NCBI GenBank assembly: GCA_973895155.1
Contig: OZ316896.1
Location: 22,959,722 to 23,023,721 of the forward strand
Length of the DNA stretch: 64,000 nt
Reading direction: 5' to 3'
Origin: Marsupella aquatica
Taxonomy: Eukaryota; Plantae; Marchantiophyta
How positions within the stretch are numbered: position 1 is the first letter of the stretch; each line of letters begins with the position of its first letter. The notes beneath the pieces are model-generated. The model had not been told where the DNA came from and made no database searches. It was given only the letters and a program-made list of their open reading frames with translations. A program made the position numbers and the translations under genes. Below, piece by piece: positions 24,814 through 36,720 of the stretch.

Positions 24814-26049
24814 CCTCCCTGGTATCGGGGGATTGACTCTCCTTCGTACCTGTCCCCAAAATCTAGGGCTTTAAGCCCCCGTCGCGGCTCCCTCCTTCTC
24901 GCTCCCTGCTCCTCCTGTGCCCAGCTCGCAGCTGCCTCGACACGCAGCCCTATGGGCTGCCGGGGTCGTCTCCCTCCGGCTCACCCCCCTTATTTAGGGC
25001 TCCGCCTTGGTCTTGTTGCGCCCCCCAGCTCCCGACTTCCTCTTGCCACTCCCGATAGTCTACTGCCGCAGCTGGGGTCGCCTTCAGGCCGGCTCTCCTC
25101 TAGGCCGGCTTGCTGCCGGCCGCCCCTGACTTGCCCTCCACTCCGCTTGCTGCCGCTGCCGGGTCCGTCTCGCCCAGGCCGGCTCCCCTAGGCCGTCTTG
25201 CCGCCAGGCCGTCCTGCTGCTGGGGTGGGGTTCCCTTATTATACTTGGGGTTTTAAACCACCCTAATTTTTTTTTAAAAAGTCCTCCCTCACACAGGAGT
25301 TAGATTGTCGGGGTTAAGGAAACTATGTTTGGGGTACCCCCTGGCTCCTCGTGACGCCCTCCCCCTGCACTATGGGCACATGGTCGCGTCTTATTTACGT
25401 AGTCATGAAGAAAAATAAAAATAAGTTGGACACAGGGTATTTACATGAGCATTATTTACATTACAGACACTCCGTAACCCCTTAAGGTTGGTCTTTGGGG
25501 ACGGGAACCCCGTCACAGTGTGCATCATAATTTTGTGTAATACTGGTAAGAGTAGTTTAATTGATAATAATATTTAGTCACTAGATCAATAAAAACTATT
25601 CTCCCAATATTTGTGGTGATTTTTACAGTCATTTACAGTGTCATTTTCAATGCCAAAAAACACAAATAATAAGACCCAAAGACATAGTGAAGCGCATGGC
25701 ACGGGTGTTGATGACAAGGTGTCGGGCGAGGGGCACACTCGCAATGTAGGGTAGCCCCTTGATCCACATGGGTGGGGAAGGGGGGGGGGGGGGCGGCGGC
25801 GAATGAGTGGGGTGATGGTGAATGTGAAATAGAGGAAACCAAAAATAGGAAAAAGGGGAAAAGGGGGAGGTTAAGGTTTAAAAGGAACATAAGAAAAAAA
25901 GAGGGAAAAAAACCTCTCATTTTGCTATACTTTTGTGGTTGTCATATAGCTAGTCTTTTGTGCAATGACATCTTTTATTCAAGAATTTTTTTGTGCAAGG
26001 AGAAAAAAGAAAAAAAGAAAAGGAAACTTTTGTGGCTACCGTAGCCACT

Positions 26050-26770
26050 ATTTTGCACAATGATATCTTTCACGCAACAAAAGTTTTTTTGCAATAATAT
26101 ATGTTTAGCATTTTTTTTATTCGACTATATCTTTTGCACCACAATCTATTTCTCAACAACATCTTAACCAAACAACATCTTTTATGCAACGCACGGGGAT
26201 TGAAAGGATACCGACATAATGGTCATCTTTGCTAAACACTAAACCTGAAACCGATAATATAACGTTGTGCCAATTTATAGAGTGGTTGTCATTCAAATGC
26301 AGGGGCATTTTGAGTAAAAAAAGAAAAACAATGAAAAAGACTCTGACTCTTTCTCTCCTTGACTTTTTATTTCAAAACATCTTTCACATAACGACAACTT
26401 GGATGAAACAACACCTTCGTTCTTATAACATCTTTTACTTCACGATATCTTTGGCAAAATGACACCTTTTTCTTAACAACATATTTCATATAATGGCATC
26501 TTTGGCAAAATGATTTCTTTTTTCTTAATGACATCTTTTTACTTCATGACATCTTTCACATAACAACATCTTGAGCAACACGACATCTTTTGTGCAACGC
26601 ACGGGTATTTTCCCTCAACAATATCTTGGCCGACACAACATCTTTTGTCTCCACAACTTCTTGGCCGACACGACATATTTTCTCTCAACGACCTCTTGGC
26701 CGACACAACATCTTTTTTTCTCAACGGCATCTTGGCCAACATGACTTGTTTTGTGCAATGCACGGGTATT
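26050..26770. repeat. Low-complexity degenerate repeat (ACAACATCTT motif)
   Basis: Many ACRACATCTTT(T/GG) units. Confidence 0.6.
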
Positions 26771-27884
26771 GAGTTAGTATGAGCAGAATGGAAGGTTTGT
26801 GATCAATGCAATCGACCATCCAAATGCAGAAGTATATTTAAGCATTTTGACAAACATGCAGCTAAATTGCCTGGGTTTTTGCAATTATCAAAAAGTGGGC
26901 TTTTGCAATTCTCAAAAAGTGCAAATCCCCATGTACGTACTCATCGAGAGGTGACTGTAAAGGTTCCCTGGTAGACATGTATTCCAATTGCACTTTAACT
27001 CAATTGCACTCCAACTGCACTTTAACTTAAGTGCACCTCAGAATGTTGTCATCCTTAGTTTGAATTCTTAGTTTTAGAAGTGAAACGCCCCAAGCACCAT
27101 TGTTGTCAGAAGTTTGCTTTGGCAGGAAATGTTTTTTTCCGGGGTGGTGTTTGCATCCTAACAATTGCACATAAAAAACTAAATGACAAATAGAATAACA
27201 TGTAGTGATATAAACAAAAAAATTAGGTTTATCATGGTGGTTTTTGCATCTAACAATTGCACATCAAAAACTAACTGACAAATAGAATAACATATACACT
27301 GTTTATTGTAATTAGTTTCATAACTTATATAATCTCAGTGCATAAATAGTATCACACACACTAATAAGAATGTGACTACAAATCTCAAAAAATATAAATA
27401 ATAGTACAAGTAGAGAGTTCAGTCTATTGTCATTCATTCTAGGTAGATTTAGATTGTATTTATAACCTGGTTTCCAGTTATCATACTTTAATAAAATAGG
27501 ACTAGGAATTGACATTCATTTTTAATTTTATATGCCATTGCAAGTATATCTTACTACTAGAAAAATGTGTACTTTTCATAAGCTATAAACTAAGATTAAT
27601 TATGTGTTCGTCACACTATTTGAGTGTCACCAAAAATAATCTCAGTTACTCTACTTTAGAATAACATGTATTTCGTTTCACTTTTTAATTTAGAATAACA
27701 TGTATTTTGTCTGATTTTTATATAATCTCACACAGATGAAATTATGATGACATATTTCAAAAACCTTTGATTTTGAAATACTGTGTCTTAGACTAAACCT
27801 AATTGTTTTATTTATACCACTAACCGGTAATCAGTGTAGTGGTTTAAACAAAACAATTAGGTTCATCATGGTATGGAGTGGGAT

Positions 27885-28405
27885 TATAGCATGCTCATTC
27901 TGGAACATGTTTGATTTGTTTGTCTTGTAGTGATCTAAAAGTAAATAAAATATGAGAGCATAAAAGTGTTGTTATATAAATAAAGTGTCTGTCAAGAAAA
28001 GCACAGTGACCAAGAAAAAATATTGTTACGATGTGTGCACTTAACTCAGGGTGCCTTATGAATGACACTCCTTTCAATAAAAACCATAAACCTAAGAAAG
28101 AAAAACATGAGGAGAACTTAAGAAATTATGCATTCATGTTCTTTAGTATCATTTCTTTCATTTTTCTCACTCGTGATGGTGAAGCCTTTGGTTTCATCTC
28201 TAAAAAAACACATATTATGAAAAGGGGTTGCCAAAATAAGTTCAAAACACTCTAGAATATTTAAAACTAAAAGGGTCTATAAATTAATTAAAAATGTATA
28301 GAATACAAAGACTACCCCTTGATAGAGCATATTGAAATAAAAATATACACAAAAATCTAAATAAAACAAAATCTGAAATGTGCATTCACCATATATAGCA
28401 GCTCC
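27885..28405 (+). repeat. Dispersed ~550-bp AT-rich repeat, copy 1
   Basis: Begins TATAGCATG..TTGTCTTGTAGTGAT and ends TTCACCAT.TATAGCAGCT, like the copy at 35397-35998; bracketed by the 22-bp direct repeat TTCATCATGGTATGGAGTGGGA. Confidence 0.55.
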
Positions 28406-28911
28406 AAAAATTCATCATGGTATGGAGTGGGACATAGTTCATAGAATAAGATTAGGTTTATCATGGTCAGGATGAGGGTATGGAGTGACATAGCTCACAA
28501 TATATGTATATTGCCACATTTTGATACGCAATTATTGTCAAGTTTGATATACAATTTCTGAGGTGTGTACATATTTACACTCTCTCGCATAGCCATAGGA
28601 AGAACTTTTGTACATTTGATTAGTACAAAAGAGGCTGGTCAATGGTTTATTATTTATTTAACAATAGGTATCACGCAGGGGGTATCACACAGGGTCCACA
28701 TGTCTCAAAAAACATAGAAGCAGACAAGCCATAGTCTTTAATGTCACCGATATGTTGAATGGTACTGGATGAAGATTTCAGAACCTTGCCAAGAGGCCCC
28801 ATTGCAACTGTGGATGAAGATTTCAGAACCTCACCAAGTAGACCCATTCAACTGCACATTCCACATATACATTTGGAGGGTCATCTATTAGGAGGGTCAT
28901 AGTAACTTGCA

Positions 28912-29259
28912 AGGAAACAGTAAATTTTCTCCTCACATGACCCCTCATTTTTCTACAATTATCCAACTCCCTCACAGTTAAAAGGAACAGTAAATTTTCT
29001 CCTCACATGACCCCTCATTTTTCTACAATTACCAAACTCCCTCACAGTTAAAAGGAACAGTAAATTTTCTCCTCACATGACCCCTCATTTTTCTACAATT
29101 ATCCAACTCCCTCACAGTTAAAAAGAACAGTAGATTTTCTCCTCACATGACCTCTCATTTTTCTACAATTATCCAACTCCCTCACAGTTAAAATAAACAG
29201 TAAATTTTCTCCTCACATGAGCCCTCATTTTTCTACAATTATCCAACTCCATCACAGTT
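28912..29259. repeat. 70-bp tandem repeat x5, downstream of the alpha-kinase gene
   Basis: AACAGTAAATTTTCTCCTCACATGA recurs at 28916, 28986, 29056, 29126 and 29196. Confidence 0.95.
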
Positions 29260-29413
29260 TTTCTAGGGAACTCGCTAGCCATATGGAGTCATAAAAAAAC
29301 ACAAAAATATATAAAAAGCAGCAAAAAGCAATACCTCATTATACAATATTGGGACTGGATGGAATATAGATAGCTAGTGCTTTTGAAGCCATGACAAATG
29401 TCCGGCCATAGGC

Positions 29414-32400
29414 CTAGGCCTTCGGTTTTGTCGGAGTTAGACGAAGAACCGAGCAAATGTAGTTGCAGTGATGGGCTTCCAAAAATCGCTTCATCCCCGG
29501 TTCACTCCAGTTCGTACTTGTCTTTTCGTAACGTAATGCATCCTTGCAATGAATAGCAGGATCACACAACCAGAACTCCTTGGACCCGTTCGTGCCGTCT
29601 ATTTCTACACCCTGTAAGTCGGTGACGAGGAGCAAGCCTTTGGAACGATGATATGTCCAATGTGAGAAGGCATGCAGTGTGTCTGCATATTCCTTTGTGT
29701 TCACATAGTTCAAATTGTTGGAGTATCTGATCCACTTACCCTGTAGATATCTTTCTAAGTTGTAGAATTTGCTACCAACTCTCAATGTAGAGACCATCGT
29801 GAATTGGACAGTCTTGTAATCTTCAATAAGGTGTCTGTAGATATACAACAGCATTGGTTAATCTACTCCGTTTGAGAGGTGACAGGTTTCGCGGTACTGT
29901 ACATATAAACCAAGTAAACAAACGCTAGGGAGTAATCCCTCACATTCTAGCAGAAGAAACTATTAACATGACCTCACTCAATATACAGCAATGCAAAATC
30001 TCCGACATTTATTGCAGTTGTGACATCTCAACTTAATTATTTGAACAGAAATAGCGCAAATCCTCGACTTAATTTGCTACTTAATGCGTCTTTCTAGTTT
30101 GAGCAACAGGAGAGAGTGGAGCGATACTAACTAGAGAAGACTTGTGTGCGAATGGCTTTTCTTATATCGTTATCCACCACAAGGGTAGTCCGAAATTTAC
30201 CTCTCAAGCGCTTTGTTGAATTCCTCTGCCATTTTGGCTGCCACGGTCTGGACCTCCATCTGCTCAAAATAGGCCTCTTTTGAGTGGATCGAGTTTATAT
30301 CTTGCCCAAGAATATCCTTGAATCGCTTCACCACCATGTGCCTGGATGAAAGAAATCCAAATTGGACAAATTAAAAGTTGTTTCCAGGAGGAGCATCTAG
30401 ATTAAGCGGTACTCTTACCGGTAACTTCCGTCATCACAGGAATCATACCTGAGGAGCTCTATTAATGATTGGAAGGACAGACGATTCAGTCACTCACCTA
30501 GGTTCATATGGGGGCTGGTGCACCAGTGCATGATAAGGCCACCTTAGGCTTCCCTCGCCGGAGAATGGGAAAAGTGCTTTCTGCACTGTCGAATCTGGCA
30601 TGTCTTTCATCTCTAGCTTGCCATTTGTGGCCAGCGCGTGAAATAGATCATCCAAAGTGTCTGGTAACCTGCAAGTCCAAGTAGTCCATGACCTCAAAGA
30701 TACTAATCTAAAAGTATTACATTGTAAGTGTTACGTACAAGACAAGAAAATGCGGTGCACAAAGATTCGAAGGGTCTGATCGAGTAGCGATCCTGGCTAT
30801 GTCAACACTATTCCAATTTGTGCACTGAAGAAATTAATTGATGAGAAAACTTCACAACAGATACTTTTGTTGATCCGACTCGGTTGTCTGTGAATCCTAA
30901 TTTATGTGACAGGGGGGTTTAGAACACATACTTGTATCTGATCTGAGTCGCTGGTTCCGGTGGAACTTTATGCCACAGGGGCATCTCAGGTTTCACAAGC
31001 AAATTTACATACTTGGGGACGACACGTTTACTGTCACCAACTTGCATGGACCGTGAGATGCTAGCGGTAGAAACATTGACCACTATATCTACTAGTTTGT
31101 TGATGTTGTTCAGTTTCTCCTCCTGGATCCAGTTTGCATCATCGCATTTCTTCTTGAAAACACTTAACATCTTCTTAGTGCTCTTGTCCACATGACAAAA
31201 GAGATAGCAAATGATCTGACGGTCGTCTCGAAGGGTTTTGAGGAGCGTGCTAATATTGCGGCCTTTCAAGTCCCCTTCTGGGCATCTGTCATGATCAACG
31301 GAAGTAAAATCATGGAATTCGGCGCCATGGCATGGTGCATCAGCAATGTGCACAAGAACACGAGTCCTCGATTTCCAGCTAAGACTATCAACACGCTGGA
31401 GGCCAGAAAAGACGTCCTCAGCCCGATCACCACCGCCCTCTGGAACCTCGCACCCACGATGATTTGAAGTCAGCGAGACTTGTAATCAGCATTCTAAAAC
31501 AATTGCCTTGTTGAGTACATCTAGAAACACTACCGTAAGTTCATCTGCTCCGATCGCGAAAGCGGTCTACGCTCATATATATGTACCATTTGCACATAGT
31601 TTCCAATAATGAAAAGTAGGCAATTTATCACATTGTTAACTTGACACCAGGAAGAATATGGTACTACACCTGCTCGCACTCTTGAAAGAGCGTTCACAAA
31701 AACGCTGTCTCGACTCGAATAATCATCGGTGAAGTCACACATCTCCGAATTGTCTCTAGCAATGTCTTCATAATCTCTGTATGGCGCAAAGGCGACTCGC
31801 AATTTGAGCTCCGGCCATGCCTTCTTGACCTTAGCTGCAATGCTCGGAGCTTTCTCCTTTACCGAGTCGATGAATGGCTGCGCAACAAATAAATTTCATT
31901 TGAAACGGGTGTAACGTAATGAACCCGAATTTCAGCCTGTAGATGTATATTGACATGTCAAACATACCAAAACTTCTACGGAAGTGCGAACTTTCTTCAC
32001 GCAAATCTATGACTGGGCGGGATGACTTTCCTCGGGAAGCCACCCAATTAGACCTGCATTGATATGAGTATTGAAGTCATGCACATGGTCAAATGAGAAT
32101 GTATGAGAGGGACCTGCATACTGCCTGTGACGTCAACAAGGAAGGCCAGATCCAGCTGCTGGGATGCAGTTATCAATTTCTTCAACTGAATTATTCGCTG
32201 ATTTACTTTTGCCTGCCTGGTTGCACTTAAGGTGCTCCTGTCTGCAAGCAGCCCTTCAAACTTCCGCTCAAGCTCTTCGTTTTTCTTCATGACGGCTACT
32301 GATTCAGAGCTCATGACTCGTCCACTGCTTGTCATATTCCTCTCGAACACCGCTAGCTTCATCTCAAGCTCTCGGTTTTTGTTGTGGGCTGCTACAGAAG

Positions 32401-32794
32401 CAGGGCTCATGGTCTTCGGCTTGCCCCTCTCCATCTCCGCCAGCTTCCGCTCAAGCTCTTGGTTTCTCAGCTGGATAGCAGCAGAAGAAGAACTCATACT
32501 TCGGGAGCCACCTCCCCTCTCCATCTCCACCAGCTTCCGCTCAAGCTCTTGGTTTCTGAGCTGGATAGCAGCAGAAGAAGAACTCATACTTCGGGAGCCA
32601 CCCCCCCTCTCCATCTCCGCGAGCTTCCGCTCAAGCTCATCGTTTCTCAGCCTGATCGCAGCAGAAGAAGAACTCATATTTCGGGAGCCACCTCCCGTCT
32701 CCATCTCCACCAGCTTCCGCTCAAGCTCTTGGTTTCTGAGCTGGATAGCAGCAGAAGAAGAACTCATACTTCGGGAGCCACCCCCCCTCTCCAT
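29414..32794 (-). CDS. Tandem-repeat coiled-coil + von Willebrand A + alpha-kinase (eEF2K/MHCK family, VwkA-like) protein, ~709 aa, 6 exons
   Basis: Exons 32794-32114, 31877-31670, 31439-30932, 30668-30498, 30341-30201 and 29834-29414 total 2130 nt with consistent phases and GT-AG introns. vWA motifs: LDLAFLVDVTGSM, YRDY, GGGD.AEDV, HIADAPCHG. Alpha-kinase motifs: FSGEGSLR, VVK, ERYL.G..Y.NN, AFSHWTY, LLVTDLQG, DPAIH, HHCNYIC. Confidence 0.9.
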
Positions 32795-32842
32795 CTCCGC
32801 GAGCTTCCGCTCGAGCTCTTCGTTTCTTAGCCTGATCGCAGC
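32435..32842 (-). repeat. In-frame 90-bp (30-aa) tandem repeat with a 180-bp higher-order period
   Basis: MERGGGSRSMSSSSAAIQLRNQELERKLVE x4 plus a partial upstream unit; 32521-32632 is identical to 32701-32812. Confidence 0.95.
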
Positions 32843-33619
32843 TCAAGCTCTTCTATGCTTTACTCCAATCAACTTTGCTGTCCTGCTCGATGCCCACACC
32901 GGTCTTCGAAAGAGCGAGACAGAGATCGAGAGACACGCAGAGCGAGCTACCCAACCCGACCTTGCCTGGAATTGGATCGCTCCGCCACAGGGCACAAATT
33001 CGCATTCCCCACCGATCGACGATCAACATGTAGACCTCTGAAGCGACCGGTTTCCTCGTCACCAAATCAGCAAGCGGGTGCAAAATTGGTTGCTGCTCTC
33101 TGTAATTTTATACCTTACTCGAACGGACCAATCCTTCGAAACGCACGGCCTTCCCGGAACAAACAACAGCAAAATCCTCACCAATGTCTCAGACGGTCTC
33201 CTGCGCATCCGAGTTTCTGAGTGAGGTTTCCACGAAAGTCGAATCCACGAGACTACATGGTTCAATTAGTCAATTTCTGTGGGTCCGTGATGAATGATGA
33301 CACGAATTTCTCTGTCAACTAATGTTAATGAGGCCTGCGTCCTTAGTAGTTGTCTACCAATAAAATAGTAGTTGACAGAAATAAGTCTCTTTTTTGTCCT
33401 TTTGAAGGCCAAAAGCAGATCCATCTAAAAGAAAAGGATAGATGTTCTACTTTGGAGCATGCACCACTCTAGGGCAGTCCACAAGGGTCACAATACTAGG
33501 GATCCGGGAGAGACCCTGGTAGGGCAGTCCACAAGGGTCACAATACTAGGGATCCGGGAGAGACCCATTGATACCAGGAAGGAGAGAGGGCTGGACCACA
33601 CTGCCACCAGCTCGAGGCC

Positions 33620-33875
33620 GAGGAGAAACTGTTACTTGTACCACTACATGACACACACACACACACAGTCACACCCTCCACACTTGGAACCTGGATGCTC
33701 TTGGTTCTAGGCTAACCCCTTGGTCAAGTGAGGAGAAACTGTTACTTGTACCACTACATGACACACACACACACACACACACAGTCACACCCTCCACACT
33801 TGGAACCTGGATGCTCTTGGTTCTAGGCTAACCCCTTGGTCAAGTGAGGAGAAATTGTTACTTGTACCACTACAT

Positions 33876-33907
<32 letters not shown>

Positions 33908-33960
33908 CCACACTTGGAACCTGGATGCTCTTGGTTCTAGGCTAACCCCTTGGTCAAGTG
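33620..33960. repeat. ~112-bp tandem repeat x3, each unit with a (CA)n microsatellite
   Basis: GAGGAGAAACTGTTACTTGTACCACTACAT(CA)n...CCCCTTGGTCAAGT repeated; a 49-bp x2 repeat precedes it at ~33470-33565. Confidence 0.9.
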
Positions 33961-35396
33961 ACTGAAACCAGTTGCTTGAGGGAAATAAGTCTTTTGATGG
34001 AAAGTTTAAGCCCAGATGAGGTTGTCCATTGAGATCCCAGTGGACTCTGATAAGGGGACTCACCATTTCACACCCAATCTTGATTCTGCCATTTTGTACC
34101 CAATAGTGTGACGAGGAGGCTCACCATTTTACACCCAACAATGAAAAACAACAAATGAATTTGTGTGTAACAAGGTGTTGAAATTGAGTAACAAGGTGTT
34201 GTGAGTAACAAGTGCCACTGAATTTTGCCGTGGTGCCTTTGAATCTCATTTCACTCACCATTGCTTATTAAAAAATTAAAAAACAAGTGAAGTGCTCACT
34301 CTAGACCTCAATAAACCAAAATTTGCAGTCACTTCCAAGTTACTCTTGGACTGAGCTGTAAACAACAGTATCAGAACAAATTTGTGTAATATATGGCTCC
34401 TGTCCATTTGGGTTTCACACACAATGTGTCAGTCTATTTGGGCTTAATTTTCCTTTAATTTGTTGGAGAGAAAATATAGCACAAGTCACCCATGCTCAAG
34501 TCTGCAAATAAGTGTAGAGATATTACTGACTCTGGAAAGAAATCAACATCAACAATGTCAAGAGATTGACTCAGCCTAGTCTTTAGACTGAAAATCTAAA
34601 GTTATGAGAGTTTGCTCAAATTTTTACAAGCCATATCCCAGAGTAATCAAGGAATAAGGCATAGTTCCCTATGAAGGAGAAACTAAGACAATCCACAAGG
34701 AGGTGGCTGGGAAAATGAAAAGATGCCTGGCGGTAATTGCACATATTAAGCAAGGAACATCATAATTATAATGGGATACTTTGTTAAGTGGCAAGTGCCT
34801 ATATATACCTTAATAAACCCAATTGATTGATCCGTTTGTATCAATGAGGTTGTTGCTCTTTTTTGCCATGAGAAAAACCAAATGAATTTCATTCAAATAG
34901 TCAGCATACAAAGAAAAGGGGAGCCACAACCAGAGAGCATCACCCTATAGTAGCGAAGGTAGGGGGTGCTAAAAAGTCGTACATGGAGCTGGTACCAGGG
35001 AAAAAGCTGGGTCTACGAAGGAAGCAACTAAAACAAGGAATTCTGAAACTACAGAGGGAGAGGCACAAGGCTAAAGAGTAAAGACTGGCTAGTGATCAAG
35101 TCCTGGCAGGGTTCCTTCCAATGGGTCGGTGAAAGTAAGTCAGTCTGCTTGTAGTGCAACAAGTGGGACCTACAGGGTCTTCCCATGAAGCTTCCATAGT
35201 CTTGTCTAGGTACCATAGTCCAAAAGACATATCCTTCAGTTGAGTGCCTCTCCCTGTCCACATTTGAAATTTGTGGAACCTACAGTGTCTAGTTCTCATG
35301 AAGCTTCCAAGTCTTGCCCTGGTACCATAGTCAAAAGATTCTCCAAAAGTGTATTTTGGGTCCAATTTTTAGATCTGTGACGGGTCCATCCCACCA

Positions 35397-35998
35397 ATAT
35401 AGCATGTTCATCTCATCTTATCTTGGAAGATGCTTTGTTTTTTGTCTTGTAGTGATATGTAATTTTATGATAAAAGAAGTAGGTAACTAGGTACATGTAA
35501 AGTATATGCCAAGAAATTAATATTTCTTAATTAAGAGTGAGTGACATAACACACAGAACTACACATACAAAAACAAAACACATTATGACCAAAACAGTAC
35601 AAAGGCACTAAATAGTTATGCACATAAGTACAGATTTTCACTTGCTTCTAGGCAATGAAAGTAAACTCATAAAAACCATAAATTTTGTAAAAGGAACCAC
35701 TTGGGGAACTTAGTACACCAAATGTGCACATTGTTCAAATTCATTTCTTTCACTCTCATGATGAAAAAGAGAATTCACCAAGGAGTGAATAAAGGATTAA
35801 ACATTTAAGAGGGGAGCCAAATACATTCAAAATACAATAAGTTCACTAGAATTAAAAGGGGTACAAAAGTTAATTCACAATCAAATTAATACAAATGATT
35901 CACCTTGTTAAGGCACATTAAATCAAAATAATAGACACAAAATTTGAATAAGATAAAATGTGAAAGGTGGATTCACCATTATAGCAGCTTCAAAATTC
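35397..35998 (+). repeat. Dispersed AT-rich repeat, copy 2
   Basis: Shares termini and internal blocks with 27885-28405. Confidence 0.5.
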
Positions 35999-36182
35999 AA
36001 AAGTCCATAGCCCAGATGGACTTTTTTTGTGGCCCTCAAAGTATTTAGACTGCCATAGCCCCATGCCAAGGCCCCTTGTTTAGCATGCCTCCCGGTTCGG
36101 CAGGGCAATAAAGCAAAATAGAAGCAAAATAGTTACTCCACGTCATTTGGAAGCACTAATGAAGTAGAATGATGTAGCTAAA

Positions 36183-36720
36183 TAGCTATATGGTGAATCT
36201 AACTTTCATGTTTTGTCTTATTGATATTTTTGTATCATGTATTTTTATTTGAATGTACCTTAACAAGGGGCATCCTTCGTATCATATAGACTTTTAATTA
36301 ATTCATTTTTGGACCCCTTCAATTTTTGGTATCCTATAGTATTTTGAGTTTATTTTGGCAGCCCTTTTAATTTTTAAACTTTGTTATCTCCTAGAGAGAA
36401 ACCAAGGGCTTCATTTTCTAATGCTTTTAAGTACTCTCATGAGTGAGAGGAATGATTCCAAGTAATGTAAACACATTGTGTCTTAAGTTCCCCTCATGGC
36501 TTTCTTTCCTAAGTTTATGCTTTTTATTGAAATGAGTGTCATTAAGTAAGGCACATTGAAGTAAAGTGCACAACTTGTAGCATCTGTGTGTCATAAAATT
36601 TAATTATACTTTTCATTGGTCATTATGTGTTTTTATTTGCATGTTCTTTACTTATATTTATTTTATCCCATTCACATTTAATATGTATTCTAGTTTTACT
36701 CTCTAATTTTATTCACTTAC
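36183..36720 (-). repeat. Dispersed AT-rich repeat, copy 3 (inverted)
   Basis: Starts AGCTATATGGTGAA, the reverse complement of the TTCACCATATATAGC end; internal blocks match copy 1 in reverse. Confidence 0.5.

Noticed and set aside
20580-25517. Possible full LTR retrotransposon (TGT...ACA-like ends)
   Set aside because: No paired LTRs, TSD, PBS/PPT or gag/pol motifs could be established; only a decayed ORF is reported.
28912-29259. Regular repeats that might suggest a CRISPR array (also 39337-39780 and 41126-41282)
   Set aside because: Units are contiguous with no unique spacers, there are no cas genes, and the context is eukaryotic.
32232-33041. 269-aa plus-strand ORF
   Set aside because: Antisense shadow of the kinase repeat exon.
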